Translations under genes and position numbers: made by a program
Shown here: in pieces, positions 1 through 9,245 of the stretch
Position numbering within the stretch: position 1 is the stretch's first letter
How the letters are laid out: every line of letters starts with the position of its first letter
Notes under the pieces: generated by a model
Told to the model about the DNA's origin: nothing
The model's input: only the letters and a program-made list of their open reading frames with translations
Database searches by the model: none
Assembly: GCA_035540375.1 (NCBI GenBank)
Contig: DATLGO010000101.1
Location: forward strand, 14,324-78,323
DNA: 64,000 bases
DNA from: Thermoplasmatota archaeon
GTDB taxonomy: Archaea; Thermoplasmatota; SW-10-69-26; JACQPN01; JAJPHT01
Reading direction: 5' to 3'

Positions 1-833
1 CCGTCCCGAAGGGGAGCCACGATCCCAGGGAGGACATCGCCTTCCTCGAGGACGAGATCGCGCACTGGATCGCCGGCATCGTCTCGAAAGGCTTCGACCG
101 CGCCGCGAAGGCGATCGTGATGAAAGGCGAGAAGCTCGAGCGCGTCCTCGCGGAGCGGCTCGCGGGCCTCGGTATCGACGAGCACAAGGTGGGCCTCGCG
201 CTCCAGAGGTCGATCGCCGGCGGCGACCCGACGAAGTGGGACGAGGCGACCCTGCTCGACCTCGCGCGGCGCGTCCGCGAGATGTCGAAGCCGATGGTTG
301 TCGCGGCGAACAAGGCGGACCTCCTCGGCGACGACGAGGTCGCGAAAGCGACCGCCCTCACCGGCGTCACCGTGGTCCCGACGAGCGCAGAGAGCGAACT
401 CGCCCTCCGCCGCGCGGCGGAAGCGGGCGTGATCGAGTACCTTCCGGGCGACGCGACGTTCCGCGTGAAGGAGCCCACGAAGCTCACCGCGAAGCAGAAG
501 GCCGCGCTCGACTACATCGAGAAGCACGTCCTCGCGCGATTCGGCGGCACCGGCGTGCAGAAGCTCCTCGAGACCGCGACCTACGAGCTCCTCGACCTCG
601 TCCCCGTGTTCCCTGTCGAGGACGACACGCACTTCACCGACAAGGAGGGGCGCGTGCTCCCGGACGCGCACCTGCTCAAGCGGGGCGCGAACGCGAAGGA
701 TCTCGCGTTCAAGGTCCACACGGAGCTCGGGGAGCATTTCATCCGCGCGGTGAACGCGAAGACGAAGCGCGTGATCGGCGCGGACCACGTCCTCGAGGCG
801 GGCGACGTCGTCCGCATCGTCGCGGGACGTTGA
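1..833 (+). CDS. Obg-like/DRG-family GTPase, C-terminal part (5' end outside the window)
   Basis: Reading frame is open from the window start and stops at 831-833. It has an NKADLL G4 (NKxD) motif and a C-terminal TGS-like domain (…KDLAFKVHTELGEHFIRAVNAKTKRVIGADHVLEAGDVVRIV). The track ORF 117..833 is its 3' portion. Confidence 0.7.
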   Translation, partial: VPKGSHDPREDIAFLEDEIAHWIAGIVSKGFDRAAKAIVMKGEKLERVLAERLAGLGIDEHKVGLALQRSIAGGDPTKWDEATLLDLARRVREMSKPMVVAANKADLLGDDEVAKATALTGVTVVPTSAESELALRRAAEAGVIEYLPGDATFRVKEPTKLTAKQKAALDYIEKHVLARFGGTGVQKLLETATYELLDLVPVFPVEDDTHFTDKEGRVLPDAHLLKRGANAKDLAFKVHTELGEHFIRAVNAKTKRVIGADHVLEAGDVVRIVAGR

Positions 834-885
834 CCCCGCCGACGGCGAGGGCTTGACGCGGCCTGGCCGGCCCGGTCGCCGACGC

Positions 886-2544
886 TCAGCGCCCGCGGGC
901 CGCAGCCCGGGAGGGCCCGCGGAACTCCCAGCGGTCCGCGACGCGCAGCTGGACGCGGCGGCCGCGCAGCGTCGCGCGCTGCATCGCGTCCATCACGTCC
1001 TGCACGCGGTCCTCGGGAACCTCCGCGACGCTCATGCGCGGGAGGATGTCGATCCGTCCGACGTCGGCGCCCGTGAGGCCGCCCTCGTTCGTGAGCGCCC
1101 CCACGATGTCGCCGGGGCGCGCGCCGTCGTCGCGGCCGACGCTGAGCGTCAGCGCGACCATGGGCCCGCCTCGCTCGCGGCGCGCGGGACCGCCGCGGGG
1201 CGCGGGGCGCTCGTGGCGCGGGTGGGCGCGGGCGCGGCGCGGCTCGAGCGGCGGCATGCGGAAGCCTTCGAGCGGCGCGAGCCGTCCGAGCAGGACGGCG
1301 GCGAGCGCGCGGAGGTCGCGGCCCGCCGCGACGGCCGCGTCCACGGCCGCGAGGTGGTCCTCCGCGGGGGTCTCGACGCGCTCCGCGAGCCAGGCGCCCG
1401 CGTGACGCGCGAGGGCGGCGCGCACCTCGTCGTCCGTCGGCACCTCGGCCCAGGGGAGGCGGTGGCCGACCGTGCGCTCCACGCCGCGCAGGCGTCCGCG
1501 GTCGGCGGGCGTCACGAACAGGTAACTCTTGCCGTCGCGGCCCGCGCGGCCCGTGCGGCCGATGCGGTGGACGTACGTCTCTGTTTCGCGCGGAGCGTCG
1601 TAGACGACGACGTGCGAGATGCAGTCCACGTCGAGACCGCGCGCCGCCACGTTGGTCGCGACGACCACGAGGCCGCGGCCCTGCCTCAGCTGCGCGAGAA
1701 CGCGCTCGCGCGACTCCTGGGGCATTCCGCCGTGGAGCGCCTCGGAGGCGACGCCCTTCGCGCGCAGCTCGTCGACGAGGACGTCGACGCTTTCGCGCGT
1801 GTGGCGGAAGACGAGCGTCCCCGTCGGACGTTCCGCCGCGAGGATGCGGACGAGCGCGTCCGTCTTCTCGACGTGGTCCACGGCGACCGCGAACTGCTCC
1901 GTGTTGGCGTTCGCGACCGAGGCGTTCGGCGCCTCGGCGACGATGTGCTCGGGCGCGCGGAGATAGCGTCGCGCGAGGTCGGCGACGGCCGGAGGCATCG
2001 TCGCGCTGAAGAGGAGCGTCTGGCGCTCGGGCCCGACGGCGTCGAGGATGGCCTCGACCTCCTCGACGAATCCCATTTTGAGCATCTCGTCCGCCTCGTC
2101 GAGGACGACGAGCCGGGCCGACGCCGCATCGAGCGTGCCGCGCTCGATGTGGTCGCGCAGGCGCCCCGGGGTGGCGACGATCACGGAGGCCTCGCCGGCC
2201 GCGAGGGCGCGGGCCTGCGGGCCGAACGCCGAGCCGCCGTAGAGCGCGAGCGCGCGGACGCCGGCCTTGGCGCCGATGCGGTCGATCTCGGCCGTCACCT
2301 GCTGCGCAAGCTCGCGCGTGGGGACGAGGACGAGACCGGGACGGCCGTCGAGCGCCGCGACGACGAGCGGGATGCCGAAGGCGGCCGTCTTGCCGGTGCC
2401 GGTCTGCGCCTGGCCGATGAGGTCGCGACCTTCGAGGAGCTTCGGGATGGCGGCGGCCTGGATCGGCGAGGCTTCGACGAAGCCCATCGCGGACAAGGCG
2501 GCGAGGACGCTCTCGGGCAGGGGAAACGAATCGAACTGGACCAT
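886..2544 (-). CDS. DEAD-box ATP-dependent RNA helicase with a DbpA/CsdA-like C-terminal RNA-binding domain
   Basis: Q-motif (FDSF…PIQ), Walker A AQTGTGKT, PTRELA, DEAD-box (VLDEADEM), SAT, ARGLD and HRIGRTGR motifs. Start chosen at MVQFDSF (ATG at 2544), inside track ORF 886..2586. Confidence 0.85.
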   Translation of the reverse strand: MVQFDSFPLPESVLAALSAMGFVEASPIQAAAIPKLLEGRDLIGQAQTGTGKTAAFGIPLVVAALDGRPGLVLVPTRELAQQVTAEIDRIGAKAGVRALALYGGSAFGPQARALAAGEASVIVATPGRLRDHIERGTLDAASARLVVLDEADEMLKMGFVEEVEAILDAVGPERQTLLFSATMPPAVADLARRYLRAPEHIVAEAPNASVANANTEQFAVAVDHVEKTDALVRILAAERPTGTLVFRHTRESVDVLVDELRAKGVASEALHGGMPQESRERVLAQLRQGRGLVVVATNVAARGLDVDCISHVVVYDAPRETETYVHRIGRTGRAGRDGKSYLFVTPADRGRLRGVERTVGHRLPWAEVPTDDEVRAALARHAGAWLAERVETPAEDHLAAVDAAVAAGRDLRALAAVLLGRLAPLEGFRMPPLEPRRARAHPRHERPAPRGGPARRERGGPMVALTLSVGRDDGARPGDIVGALTNEGGLTGADVGRIDILPRMSVAEVPEDRVQDVMDAMQRATLRGRRVQLRVADRWEFRGPSRAAARGR

Positions 2545-2791
2545 GCTATCACGTTCTGACCGAGCGCCCGGGATTGGCCCGCACACAACACGACCGCGGT
2601 CACACCGAAGAGGGCCGGTCAGGACGAAGGGTCAGGCCGCTGAAGTCGGTCCTGCTATTTGAAGCCGACCTTGTCCCGCGCGACCGGACACGCTCCCCGG
2701 CCGCCCGGGGGAGAGTCTATACAGCAGCGACCGGTCGCGATTGCTCGCACGAAGCGACCACGCCGGGCCGCGCCCTCGCAGAAGCGACACG

Positions 2792-3589
2792 ATGCACCTC
2801 GCCCGCGACGCGCCCCCCGGCCCCGCCCGTACGCTTCGATCCGACGCGGCCTGGGTCTGGCCCGTCGCGGCGATGCTCCTCATCGTCGCCTTCGGCGGCT
2901 ACGCCGTCTTCCGCGCGGCCGAGGCGACGCACTATCTCGCCGACAACGGACGCTACCACTACGCCTCGCCCTTCGGCCACCCGGACCTCACGTATCTCGC
3001 GCCCGACCTCCTGCGCGGCCTCCCGATCCTCGGCGCGGCGCTCGCCTCGCCCGGGACCTTCCTCCTGCCCGTCCCGTTCGCGCTGCGGGCGAGCTGCTAC
3101 TATTATCGGAAGATCTACCACCGAGGCTTCTTCGCGCGACCGGGCTCGTGCGCGGTCCCCGCGCGTCGGGGCCGCGGCTACAAGGGCGAAACGGGCCTCT
3201 TCGCGATCAACAACCTGCACCGTTTCGCGCTCTACGTCGCCCTCGTCGCCCTCGCGTTCAACCTGCAGGACGCCGTCCTCGCGTTCGCGACGCCGCACGG
3301 CTTCTATCTCGGCGTCGGGACCGTCGTCCTCGCGCTCAAGGTGGCCTTCCTCGCGTTCTATCTCCTCGGCTGCCACAGCCTGCGCCACCTCCTCGGAGGC
3401 GGCCTCGACGCCTACGACTGCGACCTCGCGGGCCGGACGCGGCGGCGCCTCACCGCGGGCGTCACGGCGCTCAACGCGCGTCATCCCCTCTGGGCGTGGG
3501 TGAGCCTCGCGTGGGTCCTCGTCGCGGACGTGTACATCCGCCATCTGGCGCTCTCGGGGGACGCGACCTTCCTCGGCCTCCCGGCTTGA
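2792..3589 (+). CDS. hypothetical polytopic membrane protein
   Basis: Several hydrophobic helices and non-repetitive composition. Start taken at MHLARD within track ORF 2741..3589; the start is uncertain. Confidence 0.4.
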   Translation: MHLARDAPPGPARTLRSDAAWVWPVAAMLLIVAFGGYAVFRAAEATHYLADNGRYHYASPFGHPDLTYLAPDLLRGLPILGAALASPGTFLLPVPFALRASCYYYRKIYHRGFFARPGSCAVPARRGRGYKGETGLFAINNLHRFALYVALVALAFNLQDAVLAFATPHGFYLGVGTVVLALKVAFLAFYLLGCHSLRHLLGGGLDAYDCDLAGRTRRRLTAGVTALNARHPLWAWVSLAWVLVADVYIRHLALSGDATFLGLPA

Positions 3590-3628
3590 TCCGGAAACCG
3601 TTATGGCGACGGCGCCCGTCATGGGCCC

Positions 3629-5431
3629 GTGGCAGGCGACATCCTCCTCGGCCTCGGGGCGATCCTCGCGCTCGGGGTGGCCTCGCAGTGGTTCGCGTGG
3701 CGCGTGCGCCTGCCGTCCATCCTCGTCCTCCTCGTCGCCGGCTTCCTCGCGGGATCCGTCACGGGATGGCTCGATCCGGACGCGCTTTTCGGCGACCTTC
3801 TCTTTCCAGGCGTCGCGGTGGCGGTCGGCATCATCCTGTTCGAGGGCGGTTTGTCGCTGAGCCTCAAGGAGATCCGCGGCCACGGACCCGCGGTCACGCG
3901 GCTCATCACGGTAGGCGCGCTCGTCGCGTGGCTCGCGGGCGCCGCGGCGGCTCACCTGCTTGCGGGCCTCTCGTGGCCCATCGCGCTTCTGGTCGGCGCG
4001 ATCCTCGTGGTCACCGGACCCACCGTGGTCGGGCCGCTCCTCAGGCACGTCCGCCCGCGGGGTCCCGTGGGCGCGGTCGTGAAGTGGGAAGGCATCCTCA
4101 TCGACCCCGTCGGGGCGCTCCTCGCGGTCATCGTCTTCAAGGCCACCTTCGCGGCTTCGCTCGCGGAGGTCACCGGCCTCGTCGGGACGGGCGTCGTGCG
4201 CTCGGTCGCGACGGGCGTCTTCATGGGCGCGCTCGGGGCGGGCGCCCTCTACGTCATGCTCTCGCGACGGTGGCTCCCCGACCACCTCGAAAGCCCCATC
4301 GTGCTCTCGTCCGTCGTCGCCGTGTTCGTCGCAAGCGACCTCCTTGCGAGCGAATCCGGCCTCCTCGCGACGACGCTCATGGGTGTCGCGCTCGCGAACC
4401 AATCGCGCGTGCACGTCCACCGCATCGTCGAGTTCAAGGAGAACCTGCGCGTCCTCCTCATCGCCGTCCTCTTCATCGCGCTCGCCGCGCGGGTCCGCCT
4501 GGAGGACCTCGCCGCCGTCGGCGTCGGCGGCATCCTGTTCGTGACGGCGCTTCTCTTCGTCGTCCGTCCCGCGAGCGTGCTCGCGAGCACCGTCGGCACG
4601 AGCCTCGCATGGCGCGAGCGCGCCTTCGTGGCGTGGCTTGCGCCGCGCGGCATCGTCGCGGCGGCCGTCGCCTCCATCTTCGCGCTGCGGCTCGAGGCCG
4701 CGGGCCATCCGGAAGCGGGCCGACTCGTCCCCCTCGTGTTCACCGCCATCGTGGCCACCGTGGCCGTGTACGGCCTCACCTCCGGTCCCGTCGCCCGCGC
4801 CCTCGGGCTCTCCGGGCCGCGGCCCCAGGGCGCGCTCGTCGTCGGAGCGGGTTCGTTCGCCCGGGCCTTCGCCTCGGCGCTTCGCGCCGAGGGGCACGGC
4901 GTCCTCCTCGTCGACACGAACCTGAAGAACGTCGAGGCCGCCCGCGCGGCGGGACTCGACGCGACGCCGTCGGACGCGCTCGCCGAGACCTTCCGGGAGG
5001 ACCTCGACCGCGACGACCTCGGTCGCCTCGCGGCGATGACGCCGAACGACGAGGTGAACAGCCTCGCCTCGCTCGCGTACGCCGGCCGCTTCGGGCGGAA
5101 CGAGGTTTACCAGACCGCGACCGCGGCGATGGCCCGGGAGGGGGCGGCGACAAGCGCCGTCGGCCATCTTCACGGACGCGTTCTCTTCGGCGACGAGGAG
5201 ACCCTCGCGTCGCTCGAGGCGCGCCTCGACGCAGGCGATCGCGTCCACACGGCTGTGGTCGCGCCGGACGGGACCGTCGCCGCGCGAGCGGGCCCGAGCG
5301 GCAAGGCGCCGACGCCTCTTTTCGTCACGGACGAAGGTCGCCTCGTCCTCGCGACGGCCGCGGACGACGCCGCGCTCAAGCCGGGCTCGCGGCTGACGTA
5401 TCTCGGCGGCGAGGCCGAGAAGCCTACTTGA
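3629..5431 (+). CDS. NhaP-type (CPA1) Na+/H+ antiporter with a C-terminal RCK/TrkA-N domain
   Basis: About 12 predicted TM helices followed by a soluble domain carrying GxGxxA (VVGAGSFARAF). GTG start. Confidence 0.8.
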   Translation: MAGDILLGLGAILALGVASQWFAWRVRLPSILVLLVAGFLAGSVTGWLDPDALFGDLLFPGVAVAVGIILFEGGLSLSLKEIRGHGPAVTRLITVGALVAWLAGAAAAHLLAGLSWPIALLVGAILVVTGPTVVGPLLRHVRPRGPVGAVVKWEGILIDPVGALLAVIVFKATFAASLAEVTGLVGTGVVRSVATGVFMGALGAGALYVMLSRRWLPDHLESPIVLSSVVAVFVASDLLASESGLLATTLMGVALANQSRVHVHRIVEFKENLRVLLIAVLFIALAARVRLEDLAAVGVGGILFVTALLFVVRPASVLASTVGTSLAWRERAFVAWLAPRGIVAAAVASIFALRLEAAGHPEAGRLVPLVFTAIVATVAVYGLTSGPVARALGLSGPRPQGALVVGAGSFARAFASALRAEGHGVLLVDTNLKNVEAARAAGLDATPSDALAETFREDLDRDDLGRLAAMTPNDEVNSLASLAYAGRFGRNEVYQTATAAMAREGAATSAVGHLHGRVLFGDEETLASLEARLDAGDRVHTAVVAPDGTVAARAGPSGKAPTPLFVTDEGRLVLATAADDAALKPGSRLTYLGGEAEKPT

Positions 5432-6239
5432 TCCCGAACCCGACGTGCGCCTCGCTCTCAAAGGCGACGGGCCCGTCGCCGAAGCGCGCGCGGACGCGCT
5501 CGACCAGGCGGGCGCGGAACGCGTCCCGGAACGCGGGCGGCGCGCGCTCGACGAGAAGACCGCTCGGGACCGCGCGCTGCCCCTTGTCCGCGAACCATGC
5601 GGCCGACGGGAAGACGAGGGTGCGGCGCGCCGTCGAGACGCGGACGTCGCGGAAGCCCGCCTCGCGCATCTCCCGGGCGAGCGTCGCGGGATCGGCGAAG
5701 CAATGCGCGGGGGAAGTCGCCTCGTCGGGCGCGTCGGGAACCATCTCGGCGAGCGTCTCGGCCACGGGCGCGACGTGGCCCACGCGCTCGGGCGCCGACC
5801 AGCCGACGACGACGGCGCGGCCGCCGTGCTTGAGCGTGCGCCGCATCTCGGCGAAGCCCGCGGCGCGGTCGGCGAAGAAGATGAGACCGAACACGCTGAA
5901 GGCCGCGTCGAACGCGTCGTCGCTGAATTTCAGGTCCTCGCCGTCCATGACGATGGCCTCGACGTTCGCGAGCTTCGCGGCGCGCGCCTTCGCCCGCAGG
6001 CGCTCGACCATCATCGGGGCGAAGTCCGTGGCGACCACGCGCGCCCCCGAGCGGGCGGCCTCGAGCGCGAGCGCGCCCGTTCCCGCGGCGACGTCGAGGA
6101 CGCGCTCGCCCGCCTTCAGGCCGGCGACGCGGAGCGCCTCCTCGCAGAAGGGCGTGGTGACCGGCGCCATGAGGTCGTCGTAACCGGCCGCTGCGTCGTC
6201 CCAGCCATCGACGGTGAGCGCGGATGCGCGAGGTTCCAT
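5424..6239 (-). CDS. class I SAM-dependent methyltransferase
   Basis: Motif I VLDVAAGTGALA and a D-loop …VVATDFAP. Start at MEPRAS. Confidence 0.75.
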   Translation of the reverse strand: MEPRASALTVDGWDDAAAGYDDLMAPVTTPFCEEALRVAGLKAGERVLDVAAGTGALALEAARSGARVVATDFAPMMVERLRAKARAAKLANVEAIVMDGEDLKFSDDAFDAAFSVFGLIFFADRAAGFAEMRRTLKHGGRAVVVGWSAPERVGHVAPVAETLAEMVPDAPDEATSPAHCFADPATLAREMREAGFRDVRVSTARRTLVFPSAAWFADKGQRAVPSGLLVERAPPAFRDAFRARLVERVRARFGDGPVAFESEAHVGFGIK

Positions 6240-6288
6240 CGCGGTGGCGGATCCGAGGGACGGCATGAACGTTTCCCGCGCGCGTCGG

Positions 6289-7059
6289 TCAACCGACGCG
6301 GCGCGCGAAGGCCGCGAGGGCCTCCTCCTCGGCGAAGTGGAGCCTGCCCGGGACGACGAGCGTGTGGAGCGGCGCGCCGAGGTCCGTCCGGGCCAGGGCC
6401 TCGAGCGGTCCCGCGACGACCTCCGGCGCCTCGCTTCCCGCGCGCGCCACGGCGCACGCGAGCGTCGCGGGCGCGAGGGCGCCCTCGCCGCGCTCGCGCT
6501 CCATGCGGAGCAGGAGCGAAGCCCCTTCCGAGGCGCTCATGTAGCGCGTCTCGTGCGCGCGGATATCGAGAAGGACGAGCGTGTGGAGGCCGCGCGCGAG
6601 GTTCTCCTTGACCACATCGTACGGACTCGTCGGGAAGTAGTTGGGCTCCGGGAAGACGAGCGTCGTCGTGCGCCCGAACTTGTAGTTCTGGAGCCCGAGG
6701 AGCGCGCCCGCCGCCGCGACGATGCTCGCGCCGTGCACGACGCGCGTCTCGATGCCGCGCTCGCGGGCGCGCAGCCGCAGGTCCTGGTGCGTCGTCGCGG
6801 TGAGCGCGTCGCCGGCCGCGATGAGCACCGCGTGGCCCGCGGCAGCCGCGTCGAGGATGACGCCGCCGTCCTCGACGGCCTCGCGCGGGAGGACCTCGAC
6901 CCTGCGCCCGTAGAGCGCTTCGAGGTCCTCCATCGTCGCGCCGCTGAGCCGCGCCGTGTACCACTCCGCGAAGACGCGGTTCGCGGCGCGGATGGCTTCG
7001 AGGCCCGCGACCGACACGTCCTTCGCGCCCCAGAGCCCGAGCCCGACGAGGGTCAGCAC
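6289..7059 (-). CDS. dphB: diphthine synthase
   Basis: Tetrapyrrole-methylase fold signature (LTLVGLGL…, ILDAAAAGHAVLIAAGD, VVHGASI) typical of Dph5/DphB. This family is restricted to archaea and eukaryotes. Confidence 0.8.
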   Translation of the reverse strand: MLTLVGLGLWGAKDVSVAGLEAIRAANRVFAEWYTARLSGATMEDLEALYGRRVEVLPREAVEDGGVILDAAAAGHAVLIAAGDALTATTHQDLRLRARERGIETRVVHGASIVAAAGALLGLQNYKFGRTTTLVFPEPNYFPTSPYDVVKENLARGLHTLVLLDIRAHETRYMSASEGASLLLRMERERGEGALAPATLACAVARAGSEAPEVVAGPLEALARTDLGAPLHTLVVPGRLHFAEEEALAAFARRVG

Positions 7060-7116
7060 ACGCCTTCATCGGGCCGCGGGCCAAAATCCTTGTGGAGGGA
7101 CGCGCCTCGCCGCGCC

Positions 7117-8139
7117 GTGCCCGACGAGCGCGAGTCCGACGCCGTGCGCGTGCCCCGCCGCGAGGGCGAGGCGGTGCGCGCGCGCCTCCTCGAGGAGGGT
7201 CGCCTCCGGACGGATTTGCGCATCCGCGGCGAGGGCGACGACCTCCTCATTCCCGTCGAGAGCGCCGCCGGTCTCGCGTGGCCCGTCGTCCGCGCGCCGT
7301 TCGAGCCGCAGAAGCAGCCCCCGCCCCCGTACGCGGAGGTCGCGCGCGTGCCGGACGACGTCCGCGCGCGCCTGCCGTCGAGCTACGACGTCGTGGGCTC
7401 GATCGTCCTCGTGAAGATCCCCGAGGATCTCCTTTCGCACAGGCGCGCGATCGGCGAGGCGCTTGTCGCGTCGATCAAGCCCGCGAAGACGGCGCTCCTC
7501 GACCGCGGCGTCAAGGGCGCGTTCCGCGTGCGCGACGTCGAGGTGCTCGCGGGCGAGCCGACCACCGAGACCGAGGTCGTGGAGAACGGCCTGCGCCTCG
7601 CGGTGGACGTCGCGACGTGCTACTTCTCGCCGCGCCTCGCGACCGAGCGCAAGCGCGTCGCGGACCTCGTCCGCCCGGGGGAACGCGTCCTCGACCTCTT
7701 CGCGGGCGTCGGCCCCTTCGCGCTCGCGATCGCGAAGCACGCGCGCCCCGCGCGTGTGGACGCGGTCGACTTGAATCCGGACGCGGTGAAGTATCTGAAG
7801 CGCAACATCGCGCGCAACAAGCTCGCGGCGCCCGTGACCGCGGCATGCGACGACGCGCGCGCGTTCGCGCGCGCGCATCCGGGCGCGTACGACCGCATCG
7901 TGATGAACCTCCCGCACACGGCGCGCGCCTTCTTCGCGGACGCGCTCGTGACGCTCGCGGCGGAGGGCGGCGTCGTGCACTTGCACGCCATCATGGACCC
8001 GGCGCGGGTCGAGGCGCTCGTCGCGGAGCTTCAGGGGGAGACGCCCCGCAGCGTGGCGCTGTCCGCGACGCGTGAGGTGCGCACGTACAGCCCGCAGGAG
8101 CGGCATCTCGCGCTCGATCTCTCGGTCGGGCCGGGATGA
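7117..8139 (+). CDS. trm5: tRNA (guanine37-N1)-methyltransferase, Trm5 type
   Basis: C-terminal Met-10+-like domain (VLDLFAGVGPFALA, NLPH), and the N-terminal region matches archaeal Trm5 (…LIPVE). There is no ATG; GTG at 7117 chosen, with GTG 7144 and TTG 7090 as alternatives. The 5' two-thirds of track ORF 6214..8139 is antisense junk. Confidence 0.75.
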   Translation: MPDERESDAVRVPRREGEAVRARLLEEGRLRTDLRIRGEGDDLLIPVESAAGLAWPVVRAPFEPQKQPPPPYAEVARVPDDVRARLPSSYDVVGSIVLVKIPEDLLSHRRAIGEALVASIKPAKTALLDRGVKGAFRVRDVEVLAGEPTTETEVVENGLRLAVDVATCYFSPRLATERKRVADLVRPGERVLDLFAGVGPFALAIAKHARPARVDAVDLNPDAVKYLKRNIARNKLAAPVTAACDDARAFARAHPGAYDRIVMNLPHTARAFFADALVTLAAEGGVVHLHAIMDPARVEALVAELQGETPRSVALSATREVRTYSPQERHLALDLSVGPG

Positions 8140-8206
8140 TGGGAACCTTTTAATGGCGGAACCATCTTTTCGGGCATCCCCCGGGGCATGCTCCGCGGTG
8201 CCGTTT

Positions 8207-8279
8207 GCCACCTTAGCTCAGTCGGTAGAGCAGCTGATTCGTAATCAGCAGGTCCAGGGTTCGAGTCCCTGAGGTGGCT
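8207..8279 (+). tRNA. tRNA-Thr (anticodon CGU)
   Basis: Hand-folded cloverleaf: 7-bp acceptor GCCACCT/AGGTGGC, D-stem GCTC/GAGC, anticodon stem GCTGA/TCAGC with loop TTCGTAA (anticodon CGT), T-stem CAGGG/CCCTG with TTCGAGT loop. No CCA is encoded. Confidence 0.85.
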
Positions 8280-8295
8280 TGGAAGGGGGTGGAGT

Positions 8296-8333
8296 TTGAG
8301 GAGGGGGAAGGCCGAAACCTTCCCCCTCCTCAA
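8296..8333 (+). terminator. perfect 16-bp GC-rich hairpin (TTGAGGAGGGGGAAGG-CCGAAA-CCTTCCCCCTCCTCAA) immediately 3' of tRNA-Thr
   Basis: Inverted repeat read directly from the sequence. Likely the tRNA 3' terminator or processing structure. Confidence 0.45.
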
Positions 8334-8504
8334 CCGCCCCCGCTCAAAATTCCAAATTTTCCAGCAGAGTCTCTGGAGCCGTTCGCCCCTTAGCGAAGGC
8401 CAACCGAGCGCGCGGCCGTGGGCGGAGGCCCCCACGGCCGCCGCGCGAGCCCACGGAACGCCCGGGCGCGGGCACCATCCTCCTTGGCCGAATGAGAACG
8501 CCCC

Positions 8505-8927
8505 TCACCCCACCCTGACCCCGACGCGCGCCGCCGCGTCCGCGAGCCGCGCGTCCTCCGTGAGGAGCCGCGCCTTGCGTCGCTCGGCGAGTTCGAGGTA
8601 CGCGGCGTCGTAGTACGAGAGGCCACACGCTTCCGCGAGTTCGCCGACGCGGCGCCGCACCGCGGGCGCGACGCCCTCGTCGAACGAGACGCCTTCGAGG
8701 AGCGCGTCCATGAGCGCCTGCCGCGCGGCGACGTCGGGGCCGAAGGCGCGCGCGGCCTTCCGGTGCACCACTTGCCCGACTTCCCAGACGAGGAGCGCGG
8801 GGGCGACGACGGCGCCGCGCTCGTGCGCCGCGGCGAGGGCGTCGAGCGCGGCCGCCTGGCGCGGGTCGTTGAGGTCGAGCGCCGCGAGAGCCGCGCTCGC
8901 GTCGAGGACGACGACGCGCGCGCTCAG
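8505..8927 (-). CDS. vapC: PIN-domain protein, VapC-like toxin
   Basis: The full PIN domain is readable on the minus strand (…VVVLDASAALAALDLNDP…WEV…YYDAAYLELAE…TEDARL…). There is no ATG/GTG/TTG upstream of GTG 8771 in this frame. The only candidate is a CTG at 8927 overlapping the TGA of the upstream gene. The track ORF covers only 8505..8771. Confidence 0.6.
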   Translation of the reverse strand: MSARVVVLDASAALAALDLNDPRQAAALDALAAAHERGAVVAPALLVWEVGQVVHRKAARAFGPDVAARQALMDALLEGVSFDEGVAPAVRRRVGELAEACGLSYYDAAYLELAERRKARLLTEDARLADAAARVGVRVG

Positions 8928-9142
8928 TGGCTCTCACGCTCGTCGCGCACGAGGTCGGCCGCGCGGCGCGGAAGGCGCACGGCGAGCGCGGCGAGTTTGC
9001 GGCGCTTCGCGTCGGCGAGGAGGCGGCGCGCCTCCTTCTCGAACGCCTGCCGGCCCACTTCGTTCGGGTTGAGGCCCGCCGCCGCGAGGTGCGCGAGGAC
9101 GTCGGCGGGGGCGCGGAACTGGACGACGCCGGAGGCGGCCAT
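8924..9142 (-). CDS. small putative antitoxin (VapB-like) upstream of the PIN gene
   Basis: 72-aa protein starting at MAASGVVQF. Its stop overlaps the PIN-gene start region, the classic toxin-antitoxin arrangement. Confidence 0.45.
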   Translation of the reverse strand: MAASGVVQFRAPADVLAHLAAAGLNPNEVGRQAFEKEARRLLADAKRRKLAALAVRLPRRAADLVRDERESH

Positions 9143-9165
9143 ACAACCATTGTATACAACGCCCC
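9143..9165. promoter_or_regulatory. 10-bp perfect palindrome TTGTATACAA directly upstream of the antitoxin start; candidate autoregulatory operator
   Basis: Seen in the sequence; this is a rare AT-rich palindrome in ~70% GC DNA. Confidence 0.3.
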
Positions 9166-9245
9166 CGTACAAAGCGCTTGCCCCGAGGGCCCCCCGCCCT
9201 CCACATCAACACCCTTATCATCCGCGCGCCCCCGTGTGAGTCGCG

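Noticed and set aside
2659-6183. 1174-aa plus-strand ORF and the overlapping 914-aa minus-strand ORF (2717..5461)
   Set aside because: The translations are Arg/Pro/Gly/Asp low-complexity strings. They are off-frame or antisense to the well-supported membrane-protein, antiporter and methyltransferase genes, a typical GC-rich artefact.
6214-8139. 641-aa ORF called as a single gene
   Set aside because: Only the last ~340 codons resemble Trm5. The upstream part is antisense to the methyltransferase and dphB genes, so the gene is trimmed to 7117..8139.
8344-9204. 286-aa minus-strand ORF spanning the region downstream of the tRNA and the VapBC genes
   Set aside because: The translation is poly-Arg/Ala/Ser and it overlaps two well-formed small genes in another frame.
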